From: Octopus vulgaris
Taxonomy: Eukaryota
Assembly: GCA_951406725.2 (NCBI GenBank)
Contig: OX597815.1
Span: 69,812,001-69,876,000 of the forward strand
DNA: 64,000 bases
Direction: 5' to 3'
Shown: positions 13,914-26,055 of the stretch, piece after piece
Layout: every line of letters begins with the position of its first letter
Numbering within the stretch: position 1 is the stretch's first letter
Made by a program: the position numbers and the translations under genes
The notes under the pieces: model-generated
Database searches by the model: none
The model's input: the letters and a program-made list of their open reading frames with translations, nothing else
What the model was told of the DNA's origin: nothing

Positions 13914-14087
13914 CCCTTTCTAATATAGGCACAAGGCCTGGAATTTGTGGGGAGTGGGATAGTCTATCACATTGACCCCATGACCAACTGGTACTTATTT
14001 TATCGATCTCGCTGGAATTTGAACTCGGAACGTAAAGACGGACAAAATGCATTTTGCCTAGCGTGCTAACGATTCTGCCAGCTCGCC
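13914..14087 (-). mobile_element. SINE family B with 14-bp target-site duplication
   Basis: Homologous to 1607-1817; flanked by GGATGAACTAA(T/C)AA at 13900-13913 and 14088-14101. Confidence 0.85.
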
Positions 14088-14113
14088 GGATGAACTAACA
14101 ATAATAATAATAA

Positions 14114-14783
14114 CGATTTCTTTTATTTACCAAAAATAAAAGATGAGGGGGACAGTACAAAGACAGACATAAAGTGGGGGTGGTTTACAGAAAATGGAAT
14201 GATATAAAAAAGTAAAATATACACGGTATACATTAAAGATGGGAAGTATATATAGTATACGACAGTAAAAAATTGATAGTGATGGGGTCCTCCTGATACA
14301 GGAGGACGTCTAGGGATAATCGAGAAACTCCAGTGTCCAAGATCTCCCTGAATACGAAAGACAAGTGCCCTCTCCAACTCATTTCCTCCAACTCACAGGT
14401 CTACACCTAGAGTAGTACCATCCGCTCTTGCTATTTTTGCAACTTTCACCCAACGTTTGATAAATTCACTCGAGGACAGCACCTCCCTCTCCACCCACAC
14501 CTTCCTTTTCAAGTGAAACTTGGAAAAGTCGAAGAAAGCTTTATCAAAGAGGAATGTCTCTGTCCTCATTCCTTTCAGCCTCGTCCACCAGACAACCTCT
14601 TTCGCCACAGCCACCAGACAAAGGAAAACTGCTTCTACATCCTCGCGACGGGGCAATCATCGCTATAGACTCGGCCGAGAGCTATTCGAGATAACTCCAC
14701 AAGTCATCAATGTCAGGACGCTGAACGAGTGCATACAGAACAGTTTCGTCACCCTGCGTGCACCTAGGACAGCACATCCGTGC
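14114..14783 (-). mobile_element. Tx1-clade LINE 3' fragment (second family) inside (TAA)n
   Basis: AVFLCLVAVAKEVVWWTRLKG...FHLKRKVWVEREVLSS is homologous to the ORF2 end at 3683; AATAAA precedes the (TTA)n tail. Confidence 0.9.
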
Positions 14784-14786
14784 TAG

Positions 14787-14887
<101 letters not shown>

Positions 14888-15213
14888 CAACAACAATAAT
14901 AATAATAACAGCAATAATAATAATAATAGCAATAATAATAATAATAATAATAACAATAATAATAACAGACTCACAGACAGTAAAATGAGAAGAGCATTGT
15001 CGATGTGAGAACTGTTGCTGCTCATGTATTTTAATTTAACTTTAAAAAAAAAAAAAATTAACGAACTACTGAGTTTGGTTTAATGTCCTACCAATGTATA
15101 CTATGAGTTTCTTTGCCCTAGGAGTCGGGAAGACACTCGGCAAGAAATGGAAGCAAATTTGAAAGAAGAAAAAAAAAGTAATAATAATAATGATAATAAT
15201 AATAATAATGATA

Positions 15214-15664
15214 AGCAAATATTCTGCTCAGTACCACAGATTTGCTTGTCAGTTGTTTGACCGTAACAAGTTGAGCATGTCCCTTAGTGGCTGACGATAT
15301 ATGCATCTCTGGTCACGAGCAGAAGTAGTGGGAGAGCATCATAGCCGTGTGTTGAGAGAAATTCTTTGGGGTTTGAATAATTCACCTCTGGAAACATGGG
15401 TGTTCCGTTCAATATCCTTAAATAACCCTTATTCAGGGAGCTTTTGAGCGGGATGGGTTACTCGACCAGAATAAAATTCTAATTGGGCCCCACCTGCAAG
15501 GTCATGTGCTGCTTATCTCGATATGAGATCACCATGTCGCGCACTTATGGTTGTGATGCATGTGCCTAGTGTACCCTTATCAGACGAGTAGTCATGATGG
15601 GTATATTGAGCTTCGTATATTTTACCCCAGTGTCACTTTGATGGCATGCACTGCTCTCTCACTC
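15214..15664. repeat. 451-bp unclassified non-coding element, copy 1, inside (TAA)n
   Basis: Colinear end to end with 15828-16278 (AGCAAATATTCTG...CTCTCTCACTC); no TIRs. Confidence 0.85.
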
Positions 15665-15697
<33 letters not shown>

Positions 15698-15750
15698 GAG
15701 GAGGAGGAGGGGGGGAGGGGTGAAGGAGGAGGGGGAGAAGGAGGAGGAGG

Positions 15751-15827
<77 letters not shown>

Positions 15828-15828
<1 letters not shown>

Positions 15829-16278
15829 GCAAATATTCTGCTCAGTACCACAGATTTGCTTGTCAGTTGTTTGACCTTAACCAGTTGAGCATGTCCCTTA
15901 GTGGCTGACGATATGTGCATCTCTGATCACGAGTAGAAGTAGTGGGGGAGCATCATAGCCATATGTTGAGAGAAATTCTTTGGGGTTTGAATAATTCACC
16001 TCTGGAAACATGGGTGGTTCTTTCAACATCCTTAAACAACCCTTATTCAGGGACCTTTTGAGCGGGATGGGCTACTCAACCTGAAGAAATTTCTAACTGG
16101 GCCCCACCTGCAAGGTCATGTGCTGTTTATCTTGATATGAGATCACCATTTCGCGCACATATGGTAGTGATGCATGTGCCTGGTGTACCCTTATCAGACG
16201 GGTAGTCATGAAGGGTATATTGGGCTTCGTATATTTTACCCCAGTGTCACTTTGATGGCATGCACTGCTCTCTCACTC
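15828..16278. repeat. 451-bp unclassified non-coding element, copy 2, inside (TAA)n
   Basis: Same length and termini as 15214-15664. Confidence 0.85.
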
Positions 16279-16357
<79 letters not shown>

Positions 16358-17908
16358 GATATGAAATTTGAATTTGAGAAATGCGCCAAAGTAACCCTGA
16401 AAAGAGAAAAACTAGTTAAGAATAGCAACATCACACTAGATAAAACCAATGAAATAAAAGGATTCGACCAAAGCCAAACTTACAAATACTTAGGAATCCA
16501 TGAACTAGATAAGACACAACACGCACAAATGAAAGAGAAAATAAAAAAATATTATTATAGACGAGTTAGATCAATACTGAAAACAGAGCTCAATGCTAAA
16601 AACAAGATAATAGGTATTCACACTTTAGCTGTCCCAGTTATAAGTTACAGCTACAATATCCTTCACTGGACACTAAATGAACTGACCAAAAGAGATAGGA
16701 AAACAAGAAAAATAATGACAGGATCTAGGATGCATCACCCAAAATCTGACATGGAAAGGCTATATATACAACGTATAGAAGGTGGTAGAGGCCTTATACA
16801 GCTGGAAAACTACTATAAAATAACCACCATAGGACTGCAAAAATATCTACTTCAGAAGGAAGGAAAACTGATACAAATAGCGGCAAAACAAAAAACTGTT
16901 CTCAGTATTTAAGGAAGCTGACAAATACAAACAAGAAATCATACCACATAACAAATATGAAGAAGAAGAAGATGAAGAAACAACAAAAGCTATAAAACAA
17001 ATGAAATCCAAACTAAAAATAGAACAGCAAGGAACCTTGATAAAACGATGGCAAAAAAGCCCCTTCATGGTAAATACTGGACTAAACTAAATGCAAAAGA
17101 AATAGACAAAGAAAAATCCCAGCAATGGTTGAGAAGCTCAGGACTCAAAGCAGAGACAGAAGGATTTTTAATTGCAGCACAAAACCAAAGCCTCCCCACC
17201 AGAAATTACCAAAAACATGTAATGAAAAGAAATATAACAAGTAACTGCAGAATATATGGAGATGGACAAGAAACAATAAATCATATTATCTCTGGCTGCC
17301 CAGTCCTGGCTAAGAAGGAATATATTCACAGACACGACAGAGTTGGGACCTATATACACTGGAAGCTATGCCAACATTATGAAATAACAACAGAAAAAAG
17401 ATTGTATAGGTACACACCAGAAAAGGTCACAGAAAACGAGAAAGCAACCATACTCTGGGATATGCCAATACACACAGATAGAGAAATTAAGGCCAACAGA
17501 CCAGATATAGTTGTCAGAGATCATGAAGAAAAAAATGCTTTCTAATTGATGTATCAATACCGGCAGATGACAACGTGTCTCTAAAAGAAATGGAGAAACT
17601 TTCAAAATACAAAGACCTGGAAATAGAGGTAACCAGAATGTGGAATCTAAAAACAGAAACAATTCCTATCATAGTAGATGCATTAGGCATGATAAAAAAA
17701 TATTCAGACAAATACATAACAAAAACACCAGGACTTACAAACACATATAACATACAGAAAATTGCACTACTAGGCACTGCACACATCCTACGCAGAACAC
17801 TTTCAATACAGTAACCATCAGAGCATCACAACAAATCACAGCACATACCCAACGCACACAGAGCTGCGCTCGGTAGTGAAGTGAAAGCACGCTATAAAAA
17901 ATATACTA

Positions 17909-17911
<3 letters not shown>
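16358..17911 (+). mobile_element. R4/Dong-clade RLE LINE, 5'-truncated and frameshifted, inside (TAA)n
   Basis: RT C-terminal part (KCAK, YKYLG, GGRGL), zinc knuckle CRIY..ETINHIISGC, RHD, NRPDIVV and the RLE region. (TAA)n on both flanks, the known Dong target. Confidence 0.92.
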
Positions 17912-17998
<87 letters not shown>

Positions 17999-18720
17999 CC
18001 ATTCTTTTATTGGCCATAAGAGATCACATAAAATAATATTAAAAGACATACAACAATCTTAAAGACAAAACAGGACGATACAATGGGTTTTATCTCGTGT
18101 ACACAATATAATAATAAAAATTAAACAAATTAAAATTCTCAATAAGGGAGGCACTTTAAGGTCCTCGTGGAAAAACCCACAAAAGCCACGGGTGCCTGAA
18201 CAACAGGGCAACAGCCCTTCTTTTTATACAGGTGCACGTTCAGAATTGGTCCTTTCACATTGGCCATTCTTCCAGCATTCGCCCACCTTTCAACAAACTT
18301 GTTACAAGGCAACACTTTCCTCCCCACCCTCAACTTCCTTTTCAAGATAGACTTGTAAAAGTTGATGAGGGCTTGGCCAAAGAGGAAAGTGTCTGTCTTT
18401 AGTCCTTTCAAACGGATCCCCCATACTACCTCTTTCACTACAGACACTAGACAAATAAGAATTACCTGCCCCTCCCAACCAAAAGAGGGTGGCGGAGCAA
18501 TCCTCAGAATGGATTCAGCTGATAGCCGGATCCGTCCATACGCGACAGCAGGTGTTCAACATAAACCCACAGGTCAGCAATACTCGGGCACTGGACTAGA
18601 GTGTGCAGAACGGTTTCATCGTTCTGGGCGCACCTCGGGCAGGCCCGGCTGACAGCACTTCCACGCTTGTAAAGTTTATCCTGAACAGGCAGCGACCTGC
18701 CAGGCAAAGAATTTCTGGAA
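17999..18720 (-). mobile_element. Tx1-clade LINE 3' fragment (third family) ending at (TTA)n
   Basis: LPVQDKLY..CPRCAQNDETVLHTLVQC and VKEVVWGIRLKGLKTDTFL; 3' end abuts the Dong tail repeat. Confidence 0.9.
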
Positions 18721-18734
18721 GTTATCAATAGGCC

Positions 18735-19015
18735 CATAATAATACCCCTATTCAAACGGACAAGAAGTTAGAAAGAAATAGACTCGACATAACAATTATA
18801 GATAAGGAAAATCAAAGTTGCTTATAAATCGACCCATTATGCCCATTTGATTCCAGGATCGTCAAGAAAGAGGATGAAAAACAAAAATAAAAAATACAAT
18901 CTCTTAAAATTTGAAATAGGAAGAATTTGGAGCACGAGTAAAGTAAAGGTCGTACCTAAAATAATTGGTGCATTGAGAACAGTAAATAAAGATATAGACA
19001 AATGACTGAAGAAGA
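18735..19015 (+). mobile_element. R4/Dong-like RLE domain fragment (second family, degenerate)
   Basis: Manual translation PIQTDKKLERNRLDITIIDKENQSCL*IDPLCPFD...KYNLLKFEIGRIW...VVPKIIGAL. Confidence 0.75.
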
Positions 19016-19151
19016 ATAAGTGCTGTTGTCGATTTGTTCGACTAAAGGCGGTGCTCCAGCATGGCCGCAATCAAATGACTGAAACAAGTAAAAGAATATA
19101 TATATACATATATATACATATACATACATACATACATGCATACATACATAC

Positions 19152-19187
<36 letters not shown>

Positions 19188-19374
19188 ACAATATAATAAA
19201 TAAATAAAATATATGCATATATACATACATATATATACATGCATATATATATATGAGTACAGGACACCACAAATAAACGTAGAACACGAGAAACGAAAAC
19301 AAAATCAAACAAGGAAACGGACCTTTTTTAACAACGAAAAAACAGAGTACAGGACAAACAATACAAGGAAAATT

Positions 19375-19448
19375 CCCCTTCATCAGCTGCCCCTGGTTCG
19401 ACTCAATGCGTGTTTCGAAGGTAAGGGCAGAACACGGCCAGTCCGAAG
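19375..19448 (-). ncRNA. Non-circularly permuted hammerhead ribozyme candidate in a PLE-type non-coding repeat
   Basis: CGTGT-T-CTGCCCTT / A / CCTTC-GAAACACG / linker / AGGGGCAG-CTGATGA-A-GGGG; stem I 8 bp, stem III 5 bp. Confidence 0.72.
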
Positions 19449-20168
19449 CTATCCTTCCTGCAAAAGGAATTAAATAAAATTCTTTTGCAGAGGGGTAAAA
19501 CAAGTGACAAGAACAGGACGTAAAAGCAATACAAATGAAGAAAAAATAGTAGAAAAAACTACAAATAAAGAATAACAGGACAGGGAACCAACAATAAGGG
19601 CTTTTTTTTTAGACCTAGACGGTGGAAAAATTAGTTAGAACGCATGTGAAAAATCGGCTTGCGAAAGACAGGGAAGTCGATGTATGCTTGTTGAAAGCAC
19701 GGAGCTGAAAGAAAGTTTTTAGTAGCACTCCGGTCAACGGCCAGAGAGAGGAGGAGGAGGAGGAGAGAGAGAGGGGGGAAAGAAACCAGAAAGGGGGAAA
19801 AATAAGAAGGAGAGAGACAAGTAGAGAGGAAGACTGCCAGGCAGGGAGGAAAGGTCAAGTAAAGAGTAAGAGTGCGCGTCATGATTATTCAATATATATA
19901 TATATATGTATATGTGCATGTTGTATGAATATACTTTTCTCATTTATCAAAGATTTTCTTGGAAGGAAGCAATTAGTTTCTAATAAAGAAATCAAAGCTC
20001 CGTCGTTAATTGCTACATATTGAACTATGGAAAATCTTGCATATTTTAACTGTACCGCTTAGAGATTGTATTTTTAAAGAACAATGTTAGCCAGTCTTTT
20101 TGCCTAAAACCAGAACGTCACTTAAATGTTTACTAAAATAACTCACATTCACACCAAAAATAATCACT

Positions 20169-20570
20169 CTTTTACTCGTTTACTTGTTTCAGTCATTTGA
20201 GTGTGGTCATGCTGAAGCACCGCCTTTAGTGGAGCAAATCGATCCCAGGACTTATTCTTTGTAAGCCTAGTACTTATTCTATCGGTCACTTTTGCTGAAC
20301 CGCTAGATTACGGGGACGTAAACACACCAGCATCAGTTGTCAAGCGATGTCGGGGGGACAAACACAGACACACATATACACACACATACATATGCATATA
20401 TGCATATATTGGACGGGCTTCTTTCAGTTTCTGTCTACCAAATCCATTCACAAGGCCTTAGTCAGCCCGAGGCTATAGTAGAAAACACCTGCCCAAGGTG
20501 CCACGCAGTGGGACCGGACCCGGAACCATGTGATTCGTAAGCAAGCTACTTACCACACAGCCACACCTAC
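20169..20570 (-). mobile_element. SINE family A, near full length
   Basis: Head TGGCTGTGTGGTAAG...GGTTCCGGGTCCGGTCCC, CORE-like CCTTGGGCAGGTG and complete tail. Confidence 0.9.
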
Positions 20571-22915
20571 GTGTTTATAATCAAGATAGAGAAGCTGCAA
20601 GTTTCGAACTAGTTGTCCATAAATATTCTCCATTTTACTGATCTTCAGACAAACGTTCACATCTGCGGTTCAGCCAGCCTTTACGATTATATATGCTACT
20701 GATTTTTGTATGTCAAAGAATTAGACATGTTGCGCTTGCATTTGGTAGACATTTTGAGAGGCATGTTCCACCAATATTCCTTAAATTCATATGTACGTAT
20801 TCAATATGATATTTATATATATATTCCAAGGCATTCTTTTCTTCAGAGGTCACTACACACACACACACACACAGACACACACACACACACATACACATAC
20901 ACACGCAGACACATACAGGTACATACATAGACACACACCACACACGCACATACACACACACTCACTCACACACACGCATGTACATTGTGTGTGCTTACAA
21001 GTATGATGTATGTATACGAATGTATGTGATTCTGTAGTTATGGTTGCATAAATGGTTGTTTGTATGTGTGTGTGTATGTATGTATGAATATATGTATGCA
21101 TGTATATATGCATGTATGTATGTATGTATGCATGTATACATGCAAATGTGAATGTATGTGAAATTAAGTGTCATGACTTCTCGTGACATCAGACAGGCCT
21201 GTAACATCGTCTCTGCTTCTTCCTTTGTGGATGGAGCATATACTTCCCTTCAACTTTTGAGTAAGTTTATCATAATATAAAAGTGCTTTGGAACAGTATC
21301 TGCGTTGATTTTACCAGTGTCTTCTTGAACGTCTTTCAGAGAATCGTTAAAAACCCATCAAATACCTATTGCTGAGTTTAAACCCATTTCATCAATGGCT
21401 AACATTCACTCCTCCTATTTTTGTCAATGTAAATTAGTGCGTTGCCACTTCCTCATATAGATCTGCATTGTTGATTAAATCTCGTTAATTTACATCCATG
21501 TCCCAGCTGGGAAAGGAAAACTGGAATTATTCACTTTTTTTTTAAGTGTCTGCATCCTTTTGGGATTTTCTGCCAATGAGGATTTCCTTTAGCCCCAACG
21601 CAGTAAGGTTGACTCTTTTGCAAATTCATGGAAATCCTAAGGACTCGTTTTTATATTTTCTACAATCCCGATTTCCGTTTCCGTCCTTTTAGTTTCATCA
21701 GAGAGTCCAAGTTTTTTACGATCCCTAAAAATGTCCTTTTAAAGTAGGATTCCCCCCACCACCACCACCATCCACGCCTCATCGTCTTTACATAACCCAT
21801 TTCCTTGACCTGAACATTTTTATTCTTCTCACTAAGACTTTCCTGTTAAGGAATAATATCTTTTTGCGTACGTTGGCCTTTCTCTTCATGGATATGGCTG
21901 GCGTTATTGACTTATAAATTATTATACATATATGTGTATGGATGTGTGTATGTGTGTGAGTGTATATGTATGTATGGATATATAGCATGTATATATGTGT
22001 GCGCAAAAATATATATGTATATGCATGCGCACATTCGTTCATACATACATACTCACATATGTCCATACATACATACACATTCACATACACATATATATAT
22101 ATATATACATACACGAAGCCATGCGCCGTCCCATATATATATATATATATATACATAGACACACAGACACACAGACACACAGACATACATACATACATAC
22201 ATACATACATACATACATAAACAGTTGATAATCCTCCAAAATCAGAGCTTCGAGAAAGATGAATCCCAATGAAAATTCCAAAAATCGCTCATAATTTTAG
22301 CCCCCACACAATCTTTTCAAAATTAATCTTAAAATTATCTAGTTGGCTTTTTAAAATATTTGTGGGGAATATTTTCTGTGAGATTTATCTATATCTGTAC
22401 ACTTTATTAGTATATTTGTACCTACCTACCTATTTACCTACCTGCGTTTTGTGTCACGCTCCAAAGTAGGGAATGAAATATACATCATAAGACAACTGAC
22501 TTATAAAATATGGAACGAAGTCGAAGACACAATCTGTTAGGGATACAACATTTTTATAATCGATAAGAAATAAATATTTAAAATTATGTATGGATTCGCT
22601 GTTATCCTGCTGTTTCTAATACTTTAGGATATTCCTCCTGGTGTTAACCATGTTTTCGTCTTTTGTCTGGCCTAAGGCCATATTCTGTTTGCTTATTTCA
22701 TCTTGTTCCAATGTCCACACTTCGTCTTGTTTGTTTTCGTCTTTCTCCCTCGTCCGTCCACTAATGATCACAACTTGAATCACATTTATTTCATGTTTGT
22801 ATGTTCACTTTCTATATTGCATATTGGTTTATTTCTTGTTTGTTCACTTTCTGTCATGTTTGGTTCCTTGTTCGTTGGCTCGGCATTTCCGGACGGCTCC
22901 TTGCTGTCAGCACCA

Positions 22916-22990
22916 CCAGAAGAGGAACAATATTATCGTTGAAGTCTCGAAATTGCGTTTGATCATTTGGCCGATAACTGATGAGGATTT
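22916..22990 (+). ncRNA. Non-circularly permuted hammerhead ribozyme candidate
   Basis: CAAT-A-TTATCG / TTG / AAGTCTC-GAAATTG / linker / CGATAA-CTGATGA-GGATTT. Confidence 0.62.
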
Positions 22991-23084
22991 GGTGACCTTT
23001 TGTGTCTGTTTACTGTTTGTTTGTTCATTTATTATATGCTCTTTAACTGATTTGTCATAATAAATATATATATATATATATTAT

Positions 23085-23168
<84 letters not shown>

Positions 23169-23171
23169 GTA

Positions 23172-23420
23172 TATCACGTGATTATGTGACCGATCAGGCT
23201 ATCAGATATTGTCACACAACGCTAGTCAGAATCCGCTTTTTGCATTGTTTTAGCCGACAAATGACGCCACCTCGCTGGCTAGGCGAGCAGGCCAACATCT
23301 CCCCTGATCGAAAAGGGGACTGGAGCAACGTGAAATTAAGTGTTTTGCTCAAGAGCACAACGCGTCACCCAGTCAGGGAATCGAACCCTCAATCTGGCGC
23401 TTGTGAGTCCACAGCCTAAC
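23172..23420 (-). mobile_element. tRNA-derived SINE family C (V/Meta-like central domain)
   Basis: tRNA head with GGTTCGATTCCC, then TTGAGCAAAACACTTAATTTCACGTTGCTCCAGT; related to 39510-39850. Confidence 0.7.
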
Positions 23421-23447
23421 CATTTGGCCACGCGCCTTCACAACATA

Positions 23448-23482
<35 letters not shown>

Positions 23483-23496
23483 TTTTACTATTTTAT

Positions 23497-23685
23497 TCTT
23501 TTACTTGTTTCAGTCATTTGACTGCGGCCATGATGGAGCACCGCCTTTAGTCGATCAAGTATTAGTATTTGTAAGCCTAGTACTTATTCTATCGGTCTGT
23601 TTCCCGAACTGCTAAGTTATGGGGACGTAAACACACCAGCATCGGTTGTCAAGCGATATTTAGGGGGCTATACACAGACACAGAC
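23497..23685 (-). mobile_element. SINE family A, 3' half
   Basis: Homology to 20169-20370. Confidence 0.85.
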
Positions 23686-23760
23686 ATATACACATACATA
23701 CAGACATACATACATACATACATACATACATACATACATACATACATGCATGCATGCATG

Positions 23761-23792
<32 letters not shown>

Positions 23793-23878
23793 CATACATA
23801 CATACATACATACATGCATGCATGCATGTATACATACATACATACATACATGCATACATACATACATACATACATACA

Positions 23879-23911
<33 letters not shown>

Positions 23912-24655
23912 CTCCTTCTTTCCTGAGCGTCCAAATACTATATTTGTTCCACGTCCTCGCATTCTTGTGTTTTTTTGTGCTTTCTTGTTTGGATTAACTT
24001 CATATATATATATGAGCACATATTCTTAAAAATTGGTACGACTCTCTGTTTGTCTCTCTCTCTCTCTCATTTTTACTTGATCTGTCCCCCTCTCTCTCTT
24101 TTCTCTCTACTCATCCTCTTTTTCTCTTCTCTTTCCTCTGATTCTTGGTCTAGTCTTCCACTACCCTCCTATTTCTTTGTCTCGCTCTGCACTCACAGGT
24201 CATTCTTCGACACCCATCCCTTCTCCTCTCTGACTCCTTCTTTCTCTCTCTTCTCTCTCTTGTTGCGTTTGTCCCTCCTCTCTCTCTCTCTTCCTTTGCT
24301 TCTCTTTCTTTTCTTTTCCCTCTTCTCTGTCACGTGACTGTTGGCCGAAATCTGCCTTTCAGCTCCTGACCCTCGTCGTGTTAACATCGCTGTTTTCGTC
24401 CGCCGCTATAAAGGCTTTTTCCAATGCGCCAGAGAAAAAATTTGTTTGCTTGTTATCAGTCGTAAGACACTGTTGTTTTCACCGTTAATGCTTCTGTATT
24501 TCATGTTTCTGTATTCCATTATTGTTTTTTGTTTTTTTATATCTGTCCCTTTTGCTGTCCTGGTGTTCGTATGCATTCGATCCTTCTTCCAGGAAATCTA
24601 CGCTTCCAGCTTAGTTTTTCTAATGCTCGTTGCTTAGTTTTTCTTGGAGGGCTGG

Positions 24656-24726
24656 CCGTGATCTAGTAATCTCAAGATTGATCAGCCGAAATTACTACGA
24701 TGATCCGGTTCTTGACTGAAGATTGA
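24656..24726 (+). ncRNA. Non-circularly permuted hammerhead ribozyme candidate
   Basis: TAGTAAT-C-TCAAGA / TTG / ATCAGCC-GAAATTACTA / linker / TCTTGA-CTGAAGA. Stem III 7 bp and stem I 6 bp are perfect; stem II is weak. Confidence 0.65.
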
Positions 24727-24835
24727 GGGTTTCGAATGTCCTGTCCGTGTTTATTGTATCGTCTTCTAAGAGTTATTACGTTCTTGTCCATGTTGTATTT
24801 TTCTACATACCTTTATATATATATATATATATATA

Positions 24836-25341
24836 CTAGCAGTATCGCCCGGCGTTGCTCGGGTTTGTAAGGGAAATAACTATATAAGCATTTTTAGAGA
24901 GTTACTTCCCTTATAGATTCGGGCTTTCTTAGCCATTTTTGTTTTGGTGTCTTCAAGCCATGAAGTCGTTGTTCTAAAAGAACGCTGGTTTCCTTCACAA
25001 CGCATTACGACGTTGATTTCTTTACACTCCCTTCCCCACAGCTTCACAAGGGAGGGAAGGGGGAGAAGCAAACAGGTGCAGCTGTGAGCGTGGACGCCAA
25101 CTCCGCCGCCATCGACATACGATGCATTTTATGCATTAAAATGGAATAAAAAATGATGTTAAATTATTTTTAAAATCGTACACTCATCGTTGACGCGCAC
25201 TAATAGTCAGACGGGCTCGATATGAATCACGACTATAAGATACCCGAATTTGGTTAAACTGCACCGCAAAATGTGGGAGGAGTTAGGAATCTAAATCGAA
25301 GGGGACAGACACTCACACAACTAGAGTTTTATATATATAGA
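24836..25341 (-). mobile_element. Non-autonomous Helitron, complete
   Basis: Minus strand starts A|TCTATATATATAAAA and ends with hairpin CCCGAGCAACGCCGGG plus CTAG|T; inserted at an AT site. Confidence 0.85.
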
Positions 25342-25428
25342 TATATATTCAACAATAACTGAAATAACTGAAACAAGTAAGCGAGTAAACGAGATAGACA
25401 GACAGACAGAACGATTGATAAATAGATG

Positions 25429-25502
<74 letters not shown>

Positions 25503-25567
25503 AAGACAGACGGACAGACAATTAGACAGACAGACAGACAGACAGGCAGACACATAGACAGATAGAT

Positions 25568-25619
<52 letters not shown>

Positions 25620-25624
25620 GGATG

Positions 25625-25696
<72 letters not shown>

Positions 25697-26055
25697 TGTT
25701 TCTTTATTAGCCACACAGGGCTGCACACAGATAGAACAAATTACAAGGTAGAGCTTTTCTTTTGGGGGTTAAAAAAAGGGGGGGTTTCGATCAAAAGGGA
25801 TCGTAAAAAGAAAGAAAGAGGACAAAAAAGGGGGTGTTTAAAAAAAAAAGGGGGAGAGGAAAAAAAATTGATCAATAGGGATCGTTATCACAGAAATGTC
25901 AATATGAAGTGTAAAGGGGAGGACAGGTGAGGTATACCCGTGGAAAGAAAAGCCTACGGAAAAGACCACGGTAACCTCGGTCAATGAAGTCACATGTTAT
26001 ATTTCTTTTTTTTTTTCTTTGCAAATAAGCAACTCTCTGTATTAATTTTTACGGT

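Noticed and set aside
16140-16205. Hammerhead in the 451-bp element (CTGATAA ... GAAA, minus strand)
   Set aside because: Core is non-canonical and the GAAA is absent from the sister copy.
21160-21800. Possible decayed transposase fragment
   Set aside because: No recognisable motif in any frame I could read.
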